Shown piece by piece: positions 50,475 to 63,700 of a stretch of DNA of 64,000 bases; within the stretch, counting starts at the first letter, position 1; every line of letters begins with the position of its first letter. A model generated the notes under the pieces. It was given only the letters and a program-made list of their open reading frames with translations, was not told the DNA's origin and searched no databases. Origin of the DNA: Eledone cirrhosa (Eukaryota); contig OZ024763.1 in assembly GCA_964016885.1 (NCBI GenBank), positions 20,522,001 to 20,586,000 of the forward strand, written 5' to 3'. The translations under genes were made by a program, and so were the position numbers.

Positions 50475-53400
50475 GTGTGTGTGTGTGTGTGTATACAAGG
50501 GCCGAAACACTCGCTTGAAGAAGGGGTTCTTCTCTAAAGACCTGTTGCTGTCCAGCTCTCCTGAGAGTTTTTTACCACCATACATATACATACATACACA
50601 CATATATACACTCACACACATACGCACACAAAATATATATATAAATATATTTGTTAATGTAAATAAATACAAAATAAATAAATACTTACGAAGTTTCAGT
50701 GGAAATTTACAAAAGATTGGCTATGGTTGTTGTTGATCCTGAAGTTAATGTCGCCTGCTCACAGAGTTTGGTGGATTTTGGTAAAAAAAAGTTTAGGAAT
50801 CGACATATATAGACGCATCCAAACTCGGGAGATGTACAAAACATATAGGCACTAGTAGAATTAAGGGTTGTTTTTTTTTAAATGTGATGGGCAACAAGGA
50901 AGGTTTACAAGAAAGACGGAAGGTTTAATAGAAATAACGTTACTGAGTATATTTATATTAAAAATCTTTCTGTAATCAAACCATTTTTAGAAGGAAGGTT
51001 TATAAAGTACAGTTTGTGTTTTAGACGGACGGACGGGGAGATGGATGGATAGATAAATAGATGGTCAGTTTAAAATAATGTAAAAATGGAAGATGATGAA
51101 GGAAGGGAAAAGAAGAAATAAAACTCCTGTAGGGATCGCCAGAATCGGGATGAGAGGCGTTACGGGAGATTAATGCGGGTTAAAAATAAGATAATTACAG
51201 AGATGAAGATGGGGCCAAATGATGCTGATGTGAGCTAAATGGAAATTTTCAGCGATGATTATTTTTTTTTTGTGGTTTAAATACTACACGTTCCCTAATG
51301 ATAAAAGAATAACCACATAGAGCTTCCTGGTTATACATAAAGAACAAATTACTGCTATAAGCTATATAGGAAACAAAATAATAGTAATAAAAACTTAAGC
51401 GATATGGTGGTGGTTATTGGGGTGTATAAAGTTTGGTAAAACTTAAAAAACAGTTTTCGATCTCACAAGCTGGAGTGGAGATATTCTAAGAGAGAGTTTG
51501 GTGAGAGTTTGTAAAAGCATTTGTGATCAGGTTTAGACGAAAGAAAAACATTGTCTTCTCGGTTATCATAAAAGTCCTCGAAAGATAAGCGGCTCGGAGC
51601 CTTCCATTGTAAGCGAATAAAAAATAGAGAAGGAAGGGAGGGCGACTGAAAAAAAAAATAAAATAAAATAAGTGAATATAAGCCTATCAAGTATAAAAAT
51701 CACATGACAAATTCCTCCGTATTTTGGAATGAAAAGAAGAAATTTTGTCACACAGAACAACACCGGTGGACATAGGAAAATAATACCCTATTTAAATATT
51801 GTCCGGACACTTGTTAATCGGTGAAAGACATACGATATTAATTACTATATTAATATGAATAAATGATTTAAACGTTTAAAGATATATGTCCATGTTCTGT
51901 TATAAAGTCCTGTAAGGGGTGACAAGGGTATGTACCCGTAGATAAATCGAGGTCATTAAATAGACTGCTCTCCCTTACCAATTTGCTCTAGCATCATTCC
52001 TTCACAGTCAGCCTCACAAATTTTCAGTCCATCACCGTATCTACACACAAACGAGGGTCGGCTGAAATGTTCATAGGCTGGCCAAGATACCCTCATGGAA
52101 TGACCAAATAAGGTTTATTTTTCAGCATAGTCCCTAGAATTAATAAGAAGAGCTGAACTTAATGCATGCAAGATTTCACAGCTCTAGCATAATTCCTTCA
52201 CAGTCAGCCTCACAAATTTTCAGTCAGCCCCGTATACACACACGCACCACACACACACACACATACGAGGGTCGGCTGAAATGTTCACAGGCTGGCCAAG
52301 ATATCCTCATGGAATGACCAAATGAGGTTTATTTTTCAGCATAGTCCCTGGAAAGAAACGATGCAGTTATTAATAAGAAGAGCTGAACTTAATGCATGCA
52401 AGATTTCACAGCACTAGCATCATTCCTTCACAGTCAGCCTCTGAAATGTTCATCCTACCCTCGTATAATGCGTCATTTAAAAAAAAAAATGATCATCTGA
52501 TTAGCCTCAATCACATTTCTGACACCAAATGTTAATACGCCCTACATGTTAGTATGTCACCTCTCCCCGACCGACGGGGAGATCTCCCACCTACTTTGGG
52601 GTGGGTGAGAGATGTCTTCTCTTGTGAAAATGAGTATAGCTTTCATTATGTAAAATCGCTCCAGTTTGCCTCATTTCTCCCCGTTTTGGGAGGCACTTTT
52701 TTTCATGGTACTCCCCGTTTGGGTTTTTAGAGGTTGGCAGGTCTGTAAATGTGAGTTTGGCTACGTTTCTGTGTATAAACATAGTCCCTAAATACACAAG
52801 CTGTGTATAAAAATAGTCTCTAAATACACAAGCTATGTATAAAAATAGTCCCTAAATACACAAGCTAGTGTAGTATGAAAAAATTCAAGTGAACGATCGA
52901 TAGCAACTGTCTCCAACTAGAGCCATAGGAGGGCCCGTCACCAACGCGAGGCCAAGGCCGGATTTAATGGAGGGCAAAGGGGGAAATTGCCTCGGGCCCC
53001 CTGCGGTAGGGACCCCACCAGCGACGTCCGTAGCAATTTATTTGTGACCTCGGCTGGGCATTTTAGTTTTAGGATGGTTAGAATTTTTGAATTTAATACC
53101 TGTATGTATAACTTTTCAATTCCAATTACTTGCACCAAGCTAACTGTGATATGTAAATTTCAGACCTGTCAACTCTCCCCACCCGACGGAAAGATCTTCC
53201 ACCCACATTGGGGTGGGTGGGAGATATCATCTCTTGTGAAAATGGGTATAGTTTCATTATATAAAATCTTCCCATTTTGCATCATTTCTCCCCGTTTTGG
53301 GGCACTTTTTTTTCAAGGTACTCCCTGTTTGGGTTCTGAGAGGTTGGGTGGTTTTCTGTGTATGAGGGGCTTCCAAAGCTTGAAGTGCCCTGATCCTCCC

Positions 53401-53551
53401 CACCCCCAAGGTCTAAGTAACCCTGTGGGGGCACTGGGTAACATTACCCTTCTACTCTTTAGTGGTGCATCCTCAGATTTAGAAAGTAGATTTTATATTT
53501 TAAAAATAAATATTTTTTAACTTCTGGATTGGATATATGTTCCTTATAAGG

Positions 53552-53588
<37 letters not shown>

Positions 53589-53738
53589 TTCAATTTTATA
53601 TATATGTATAGATATTTTTATATATTATTTTTCTTACCCCTTTTTTATTTATTTTTTCTTATGTATATTTCCCATTATTTTTCCAGTCTCACTTCCAATT
53701 TTTAACAGATTTTAAATCTCATTTCATATTTTCTATCC

Positions 53739-53820
53739 ATAACATCTCTGTCTGATGACCGATCCAGACGTATATTAATATTGTCTGGGATCCAGAAACC
53801 TTTGGTAATGGAGTAGTTAT
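53739..53820 (+). ncRNA. Type I hammerhead ribozyme (solo pLTR fragment)
   Basis: ctctgt-CTGATGA-..ccagac/gtctgg..-GAAA-cctttgg-TA-atggag; stem II covaries with 9728-9809 (ctagac/gtctag). Confidence 0.78.
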
Positions 53821-53898
53821 ATTTTGTGTTGTTCACTTTCTAATTAAATATATAGGGTATATAGTATTATATAGTGTTTATATTATTATATAATGTAT

Positions 53899-54584
53899 AC
53901 TAGCAGAATGGCCCGGCGTTGCTTGAGATTCTAAACATAGATTAGCATGTTTATCCCTCCTTTCTGAAACAGTACAGAGAAGTACGGAATATCTCGGCCT
54001 CGGGTTGGTGTCTACACTTTGTGCTTATAAAAAAAAATTTGTCGTAGATTACCATGGTTTTTTCCTGTGCGAAGAAAATCAATACTTTATTACGAAATAA
54101 ATACTTTTGTTTATATTTTGTTATTGTGTATGCAAAAATATATATATATTATGAAATACTGTTGGCTTCATGCTCACAATAATTTTTATACTTTCATTTA
54201 TATATATATATATATTAAAATAACAGATTAAAGTTTAAGCAAAGAATCGCTGCTTTCACCCTTAACAGGATCTTCTGAAACTAAAAAAATCAATCTGCGA
54301 ACGCAGAAGTAAATATTTCGAAAAACGTTTACACTATATATATATGAACACACACTATATATACATATATACACACACACACATATAGCGTCATAATGTC
54401 GTAATGCAGACAGTCAGACATACAGACAGATATTATAAGGGTACAACGTTATATCTATGTATCTATCTAAAAAGAAAGACTAAGAATTATAGAGAGATCG
54501 CTAAATCGCCTAATGTAGGAGATTGTATTACATGTGTAAAGTTTGAAAACAATCAGTTGGGTGGTTCTCGAGTTTTTGTGATCG

Positions 54585-54616
<32 letters not shown>

Positions 54617-54639
54617 TTCTCTGTTTTAGATATATAGAT
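53899..54639 (+). mobile_element. Helentron-associated non-autonomous element (DINE-1/HINE-like)
   Basis: Starts ACTAGCAGAATGGCCCGGCGTTGC, has (GACA)n near the end, terminates ...ATATATAGAT; a PLE fragment is nested inside. Confidence 0.65.
54224..54297 (-). ncRNA. Variant hammerhead ribozyme (CAGAAGA core)
   Basis: Minus strand agttt-CAGAAGA-tcct/gggt-GAAA-gca..tgc-TT-aaact. Confidence 0.55.
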
Positions 54640-54661
54640 AATGTATCTAAAGTATTATATA

Positions 54662-54699
<38 letters not shown>

Positions 54700-54736
54700 T
54701 ATATAGTATTATATAGTGTATATAGTTTTATATAAT

Positions 54737-55447
54737 GTGGTGGCAGTGATGGTGGTGGTGACGGTGATGGTGATGTTCATGGTAGTGGTTGTGGTGATGA
54801 TGGTGGTAGTGGTTGTGGTGATGATGGTGGTGATGGCAGTGGTGGTGGTGGTCGTCGTCGTCGTCGTCGTCGTGATGGTGGTGGTGGTGGTGGTGGTAGT
54901 GATGATGGCCGTGATGGTGATGGTGATGTTGATGGCAGTGGTGGTGGTGATGATGGCAGTAGTGGTGGTGGTGGTAGTGATGGTGATGTTGATAGCAGTG
55001 GTGATGGTGGTGGTGATGGCAGTGATGATGGCAGTGATGGCAGTGGTGGTGGTGATGATGGCAGTAGTGGTGGTGGTGGTGGTGATGGTGATGTTGATAG
55101 CAGTGGTGATGGTGGGGTGATGGTAGTGATGATGGCCGTGATGGCAGTGGTGGTGGTGGTGGTGATGGCAGTGATGATGGCAGTGGTGATGGAAGTGGTG
55201 ATGGTGATGGTAGTGGCAGTGGTGGTGGTAGAGCTTACTAGAACAGACGTAAATAGATAGGGGACGTGTAGTGTACCAAAGGTGAAACTGAAGGTAGCCC
55301 CAGCCAGATTCCTCACCTTTACATTTACGTAATTAACAATACTGAGGCAGGTGAAGTAGGTAATATTATTTAGAAAGGAACTGTTAGATAAAACAACTCT
55401 GAGATAATGTTATCTCAATCTTAAACTGATCTTAGGTAATACTACTA

Positions 55448-55479
<32 letters not shown>

Positions 55480-55850
55480 ATTGCTGCTGCTACTACTGTT
55501 ACTATTACTACTACTGCTACTACTACTACTACTACTACTGCTGCTGCTGCTACTATTGCTGCTGCTACTACTGTTACTATTACTACTACTGCTACTACTA
55601 CTACTACTACTACTACTATTACCGCTGCTGCTACTACTACTACTACTGCTGCCACCACTACTGCTACTACTACTACCACCACCACCACCACCACCGCTAC
55701 TACCACCACTACTACTAATACTTCTACCACCACCACCACCACCACTACTACTACTACTACTGTTGCTGCTGCTGCTGCTGCTGTTGCTACCACCACCACC
55801 ACTGCCGCCACCACCACCACTACTACTACTACTTCTACTACTACTACTAA
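54737..55850. repeat. Trinucleotide low-complexity tracts (GGT/GAT at 54737-55230; ACT/GCT/ACC at 55437-55850)
   Basis: Direct inspection. Confidence 0.95.
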
Positions 55851-56302
55851 TGTTATCTCTGCTGTGACATAACAACATGATAATCAGGACTTTTAAATGT
55901 GGAGCTAAGGGTCATTTTTTTATGAGGACTTCTTGTCAATTACTTCAATAACAATTAACAAATGTTCATTGTCCTGGCTTGTGACATTAATTAATCAACA
56001 TGTTGGGCAACCAGCTTCAGGATGTTTGCCCTGGAGCACTTGTATGGTAATGAGTGTTGGGCCCAGTGCAGGATTTAGGACAAATGAGTCCCTGTGCTAG
56101 TTAAGTTATGAGGCCAAAACATTTGAAAAATTCAGCGTAAAAAATTGGAGAGCTGGAAGATGGGCCCACACTCCACACCCTGGCCAACTGGGCCCTGTGC
56201 TTAAGTACACCTAAGCACAATGGTAAATCCAGCTTGACTAGGCCCCCTCAGGATTGAGGACAAATTGCTATTGGAGAGAAGTGAAAATGCTATGGTTTGC
56301 TG

Positions 56303-56690
56303 GACATCTAGCTATCCCTGTATGTCATAACGGGCCTCTAAAAAGGGCTTGTGTTGGGAAGGGCATCTAGCTATCCCTGCATGTCATAAGAGGCCTCTAA
56401 ACAAGGTTGATGTCAGGAAAGACATACAGCTGTCCCTGTATTTCATAACGGGCCTCTAAAAAGAGCTTGTGTCGGGAAGGGCATCTAGCTATCCCTGTAT
56501 GTCATAAGAGGCTTCTAAACAGGGTTGGTGTCCGGAAAGACATCTAGCTATCCCTGTATGTCAAAACGGGCCTCTAAAAAGGGCTTGTGTCAGGAAGGGC
56601 ATCTAGCTATCCCTGTATGTCGTAAGGGGCCCCTGAAAAGAGTCAATGTCAGAAAAGACATACAGCTTTCCCTACATGTCATGAGAGGTT
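56303..56690. repeat. 59-bp tandem repeat, ~6.5 units, alternating A/B variants
   Basis: GCATCTAGCTATCCCTGTATGTCATAA.RGGCCTCTAAA units. Confidence 0.85.
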
Positions 56691-56771
56691 GAATAACATT
56701 CATGAGCTCGGCTGGTCTTACTTGGGTATTCAGCTCTGATACAAAGGACATGTGTGGTTAGAATGTCTCAG

Positions 56772-57752
56772 GTGGTGGTGGTGACGACGACGACGATGAC
56801 GACCACGATGATGATGATGATGATAATGATGATGATGATGATGATGGTGGTGGTGATGATCATGAAGTTGAAGATGTTGATGGTAACAATGATGATAATG
56901 GTGACAATAATGGTGACAATGATGATGATGTAGTAGTAGATGATGAGTGTGATGAAGTTGATGGTGGTGGTGATGGTGATGATGATGGTGAGGATGATCA
57001 TGGTGATGATGATCATGGTTTTGATGTTAAAGGTGATGATGATGACAGTGATGGTGACAATGATAATGATGATGATGATGATGTAGTAGATGATGAGTGT
57101 GATGAAGTTGATGGTGATGGTGATGGTGAAGATGATCATGGTTTTGATGTTAAAGGTGATGATGATGACAGTGATGGTGACAATGATGATGATGACAATG
57201 ATGATGGTGATGATGATGATGATGATGATGGCCTCATTGGTAACAACCTAAAACCTATTTTGAACCCCACACCAGATCATAATTAAGAAAACCATAGTTA
57301 ATTATTCTAAAGCAAAAAACTACACAATTAAACAAGATTACTCCACAATTTAATTAAACATTGAAAGTTTAATTATCTTCGCAAATTTTAGAAGTATTTT
57401 TTAATTGTTTTGTATAGTTTTAGTTTTAATCTATTGTTTTTTTTAATTGTATTTTTACTTTTGTTTTAATAGGTTAATGTCATTTTTTCTCCTATATTTC
57501 ATCTGATAAATTATATAAGTTATGGCATGTGACCAGATGGGTTCAGGTCTGGTTGTTGTGGTTGTTGTAGATGTTGTTGTTGTGATTGTTGTTGTTGGTG
57601 TTGTAGGTGTAGTTGTGGTTGTTGTTGTTGGTGTAGTTGTTGTAGTTGTAGCTGTTGTTGTTGAAGATGTTGTTGTAGTATGTGTTGTGGCTGTTGTTGT
57701 TGTTGTTGTGGTTGTTGTAGGTGTTGTTGTGGCTGTGGTTGTAGCGGTGTTG
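56772..57752. repeat. (GAT)n-like tract at 56772-57230 and (GTT)n-like tract at 57552-57752
   Basis: Direct inspection. Confidence 0.9.
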
Positions 57753-60700
57753 TCATTTCCCATTGATCCAGTGGTAAAAGTGTTCAACTGACTATCATAA
57801 TGTCGTGGGTTTGATTCCTGGTCTGGGTTGTGTGTTGTGTTCTTGAGCAAAACACTTCATTTCCCATTGCTCCAGTGGTAAAAGTGTTGGACTGACGATC
57901 ATAATGTGGGTTTGATTCCTGATCTTGGTTGAGTGTTGTGTTCTTGATCAAAACACTTCATTTCCCATTGATCCAGTGGTAAAAGTGTTGAACTGACGAT
58001 CATAATGTCGTGGGTTTGATTCCTGGTCTGGGTTGTGTGTTGTGTTCTTGAGCAAAACACTTCATTTCCCATTGCTCCAGTTGTAAAAGTGTTGGACTGA
58101 CGATCATAATGTCGTGGGTTTGATTCCTGGACTGGGTTGTGTGTTGTGTTCTTGAGCAAAACACTTCATTTCCCATTGCTCCAGTGGTAAAAGTGTTGGA
58201 CTGACGATCATAATGTCGTGGGTTTGATTCCTGGACTGGGTTGTGTGTTGTGTTCTTGAGCAAAACACTTCATTTCCCATTGCTCCAGTGGTAAAAGTGT
58301 TGGACTGACGATCATAATGTCGTGGGTTTGATTCCTGGACTGGGTTGTGTGTTGTGTTCTTGAGCAAAACACTTCATTTCCCATTGATCCAGTGGTAAAA
58401 GTGTTGGACTGACGATCATAATGTCGTGGGTTTGACTCCTGGACTGGGTTGTGTGTTGTGTTCTTGAGCAAAACACTTCATTTCCCATTGCTCCAGTGGT
58501 AAAAGTGTTGGCCTGACGATCATAATGTCGTGGGTTTGACTCCTGGACTGGGTTGTGTGTTGTGTTCTTGAGCAAAACACTTCATTTCCCATTGCTCCAG
58601 TGGTAAAAGTGTTGGACTGACGATCATAATGTCGTGGGTTTGATTCCTGGACTGGGTTGTGTGTTGTGTTCTTGAGCAAAACACTTCATTTCCCATTGCT
58701 CCAGTGGTAAAAGTGTTGGCCTGACGATCATAATGTCGTGGGTTTGACTCCTGGACTGGGTTGTGTGTTGTGTTCTTGAGCAAAACACTTCATTTCCCAT
58801 TGCTCCAGTGGTAAAAGTGTTGGCCTGACGATCATAATGTCGTGGGTTTCACTCCTGGACTGGGTTGTGTGTTGTGTTCTTGAGCAAAACACTTCATTTC
58901 CCATTGCTCCAGTGGTAAAAGTGTTGGACTGACGATCATAATGTCGTGGGTTTGATTCCTGGACTGGGTTGTGTGTTGTGTTCTTGAGCAAAACACTTCA
59001 TTTCCCATTGCTCCAGTGGTAAAAGTGTTGGCCTGACGATCATAATGTCGTGGGTTTGACTCCTGGACTGGGTTGTGTGTTGTGTTCTTGAGCAAAACAC
59101 TTCATTTCCCATTGCTCCAGTGGTAAAAGTGTTGGACTGACGATCATAATGTCGTGGGTTTGACTCCTGGACTGGGTTGTGTGTTGTGTTCTTGAGCAAA
59201 ACACTTCATTTCCCATTGCTCCAGTGGTAAAAGTGTTGGCCTGACGATCATAATGTCGTGGGTTTGACTCCTGGACTGGGTTGTGTGTTGTGTTCTTGAG
59301 CAAAACACTTCATTTCCCATTGCTCCAGTGGTAAAAGTGTTGGCCTGACGATCATAATGTCGTAGGTTTCACTCCTGGACTGGGTTGTGTGTTGTGTTCT
59401 TGAGCAAAACACTTCATTTCCCATTGCTCCAGTGGTAAAAGTGTTGGACTGACGATCATAATGTCGTGGGTTTGATTCCTGGACTGGGTTGTGTGTTGTG
59501 TTCTTGAGCAAAACACTTCATTTCCCATTGCTCCAGTGGTAAAAGTGTTGGCCTGACGATCATAATGTCGTGGGTTTGACTCCTGGACTGGGTTGTGTGT
59601 TGTGTTCTTGAGCAAAACACTTCATTTCCCATTGCTCCAGTGGTAAAAGTGTTGGACTGACGATCATAATGTCGTGGGTTTGACTCCTGGACTGGGTTGT
59701 GTGTTGTGTTCTTGAGCAAAACACTTCATTTCCCATTGCTCCAGTGGTAAAAGTGTTGGCCTGACGATCATAATGTCGTGGGTTTGACTCCTGGACTGGG
59801 TTGTGTGTTGTGTTCTTGAGCAAAACACTTCATTTCCCATTGCTCCAGTGGTAAAAGTGTTGGCCTGACGATCATAATGTCGTGGGTTTGACTCCTGGAC
59901 TGGGTTGTGTGTTGTGTTCTTGAGCAAAACACTTCATTTCCCATTGCTCCAGTGGTAAAAGTGTTGGCCTGACGATCATAATGTCGTGGGTTTGACTCCT
60001 GGACTGGGTTGTGTGTTGTGTTCTTGAGCAAAACACTTCATTTCCCATTGCTCCAGTGGTAAAAGTGTTGGCCTGACGATCATAATGTCGTGGGTTTGAC
60101 TCCTGGACTGGGTTGTGTGTTGTGTTCTTGAGCAAAACACTTCATTTCCCATTGCTCCAGTGGTAAAAGTGTTGGCCTGACGATCATAATGTCGTGGGTT
60201 TGACTCCTGGACTGGGTTGTGTGTTGTGTTCTTGAGCAAAACACTTCATTTCCCATTGCTCCAGTGGTAAAAGTGTTGGCCTGACGATCATAATGTCGTG
60301 GGTTTGACTCCTGGACTGGGTTGTGTGTTGTGTTCTTGAGCAAAACACTTCATTTCCCATTGCTCCAGTGGTAAAAGTGTTGGCCTGACGATCATAATGT
60401 CGTGGGTTTGACTCCTGGACTGGGTTGTGTGTTGTGTTCTTGAGCAAAACACTTCATTTCCCATTGCTCCAGTGGTAAAAGTGTTGGCCTGACGATCATA
60501 ATGTCGTGGGTTTGACTCCTGGACTGGGTTGTGTGTTGTGTTCTTGAGCAAAACACTTCATTTCCCATTGCTCCAGTGGTAAAAGTGTTGGCCTGACGAT
60601 CATAATGTCGTGGGTTTGACTCCTGGACTGGGTTGTGTGTTGTGTTCTTGAGCAAAACACTTCATTTCCCATTGCTCCAGTGGTAAAAGTGTTGGCCTGA

Positions 60701-63700
60701 CGATCATAATGTCGTAGGTTTCACTCCTGGACTGGGTTGTGTGTTGTGTTCTTGAGCAAAACACTTCATTTCCCATTGCTCCAGTGGTAAAAGTGTTGGA
60801 CTGACGATCATAATGTCGTGGGTTTGATTCCTGGACTGGGTTGTGTGTTGTGTTCTTGAGCAAAACACTTCATTTCCCATTGCTCCAGTGGTAAAAGTGT
60901 TGGACTGACGATCATAATGTCGTGGGTTTGATTCCTGGACTGGGTTGTGTGTTGTGTTCTTGAGCAAAACACTTCATTTCCCATTGATCCAGTGGTAAAA
61001 GTGTTAGACTTATGATCATAATGTGGGTTTGATTCCTGATCTGGGTTGTGTGTTGTGTTCTTGAGCAAAACACTTCATTTCCCATAGATCCAGTGGTAAA
61101 AGTGTTGGACTGACGATCATAATGTCGTGGGTTTGATTCCTGGACTGGGTTGTGTGTTGTGTTCTTGAGCAAAACACTTCATTTCCCATTGCTCCAGTGG
61201 TAAAAGTGTTGGACTGACGATCATAATGTTGTGGGTTTGATTCCTGGACTGGGTTGTGTGTTGTGTTCTTGAGCAAAACACTTCATTTCCCATTGATCCA
61301 GTGGTAAAAGTGTTGGACTGATGATCATAATGTCGTGGGTTTGATTCCTGGACTGGGTTGTGTGTTGTGTTCTTGAGCAAAACACTTCATTTCCCATTGC
61401 TCCAGTGGTAAAAGTGTTGGACTGACGATCAGAATGTGGTGGGTTTGACTCCTGGACTGGATTGTGTGTTGTGTTCTTGAGCAAAACACTTCATTTCCCA
61501 TTGCTCCAGTGGTAAAAGTGTTGGCCTGACGATCATAATGTCGTGGGTTTGACTCCTGGACTGGGTTGTGTGTTGTGTTCTTGAGCAAAACACTTCATTT
61601 CCCATTGATCCAGTGGTAAAAGTGTTGGCCTGACGATCAGAATGTGTTGGGTTTGACTCCTGGACTGGATTGTGTGTTGTGTTCTTGAGCAAAACACTTC
61701 ATTTCCCATTGATCCAGTGGTAAAAGTGTTGGACTTACGATCAGAATGTGTTGGGTTTGACTCCTGATCTGGGTTGTGTGTTGTGTTCTTGAGCAAAACA
61801 CTTCATTTCCCATTGCTCCAGTGGTAAAAGTGTTGGCCTGACGATCATAATGTCGTGGGTTTGACTCCTGGACTGGGTTGTGTGTTGTGTTCTTGAGCAA
61901 AACACTTCATTTCCCATTGCTCCAGTGGTAAAAGTGTTGGCCTGACGATCATAATGTCGTGGGTTTGACTCCTGGACTGGGTTGTGTGTTGTGTTCTTGA
62001 GCAAAACACTTCATTTCCCATTGCTCCAGTGGTAAAAGTGTTGGCCTGACGATCATAATGTCGTGGGTTTGACTCCTGGACTGGGTTGTGTGTTGTGTTC
62101 TTGAGCAAAACACTTCATTTCCCATTGCTCCAGTGGTAAAAGTGTTGGCCTGACGATCATAATGTCGTAGGTTTCACTCCTGGACTGGGTTGTGTGTTGT
62201 GTTCTTGAGCAAAACACTTCATTTCCCATTGCTCCAGTGGTAAAAGTGTTGGACTGACGATCATAATGTCGTGGGTTTGATTCCTGGACTGGGTTGTGTG
62301 TTGTGTTCTTGAGCAAAACACTTCATTTCCCATTGCTCCAGTGGTAAAAGTGTTGGACTGACGATCATAATGTCGTGGGTTTGATTCCTGGACTGGGTTG
62401 TGTGTTGTGTTCTTGAGCAAAACACTTCATTTCCCATTGATCCAGTGGTAAAAGTGTTAGACTTATGATCATAATGTGGGTTTGATTCCTGATCTGGGTT
62501 GTGTGTTGTGTTCTTGAGCAAAACACTTCATTTCCCATAGATCCAGTGGTAAAAGTGTTGGACTGACGATCATAATGTCGTGGGTTTGATTCCTGGACTG
62601 GGTTGTGTGTTGTGTTCTTGAGCAAAACACTTCATTTCCCATTGCTCCAGTGGTAAAAGTGTTGGACTGACGATCATAATGTCGTGGGTTTGATTCCTGG
62701 ACTGGGTTGTGTGTTGTGTTCTTGAGCAAAACACTTCATTTCCCATTGCTCCAGTGGTAAAAGTGTTGGCCTGACGATCATAATGTCGTGGGTTTGACTC
62801 CTGGACTGGGTTGTGTGTTGTGTTCTTGAGCAAAACACTTCATTTCCCATTGCTCCAGTGGTAAAAGTGTTGGCCTGACGATCATAATGTCGTGGGTTTG
62901 ACTCCTGGACTGGGTTGTGTGTTGTGTTCTTGAGCAAAACACTTCATTTCCCATTGCTCCAGTGGTAAAAGTGTTGGCCTGACGATCATAATGTCGTAGG
63001 TTTCACTCCTGGACTGGGTTGTGTGTTGTGTTCTTGAGCAAAACACTTCATTTCCCATTGCTCCAGTGGTAAAAGTGTTGGACTGACGATCATAATGTCG
63101 TGGGTTTGATTCCTGGACTGGGTTGTGTGTTGTGTTCTTGAGCAAAACACTTCATTTCCCATTGCTCCAGTGGTAAAAGTGTTGGACTGACGATCATAAT
63201 GTCGTGGGTTTGATTCCTGGACTGGGTTGTGTGTTGTGTTCTTGAGCAAAACACTTCATTTCCCATTGCTCCAGTGGTAAAAGTGTTGGCCTGACGATCA
63301 TAATGTCGTGGGTTTGACTCCTGGACTGGGTTGTGTGTTGTGTTCTTGAGCAAAACACTTCATTTCCCATTGCTCCAGTGGTAAAAGTGTTGGCCTGACG
63401 ATCATAATGTCGTGGGTTTGACTCCTGGACTGGGTTGTGTGTTGTGTTCTTGAGCAAAACACTTCATTTCCCATTGCTCCAGTGGTAAAAGTGTTGGCCT
63501 GACGATCATAATGTCGTAGGTTTCACTCCTGGACTGGGTTGTGTGTTGTGTTCTTGAGCAAAACACTTCATTTCCCATTGCTCCAGTGGTAAAAGTGTTG
63601 GACTGACGATCATAATGTCGTGGGTTTGATTCCTGGACTGGGTTGTGTGTTGTGTTCTTGAGCAAAACACTTCATTTCCCATTGCTCCAGTGGTAAAAGT

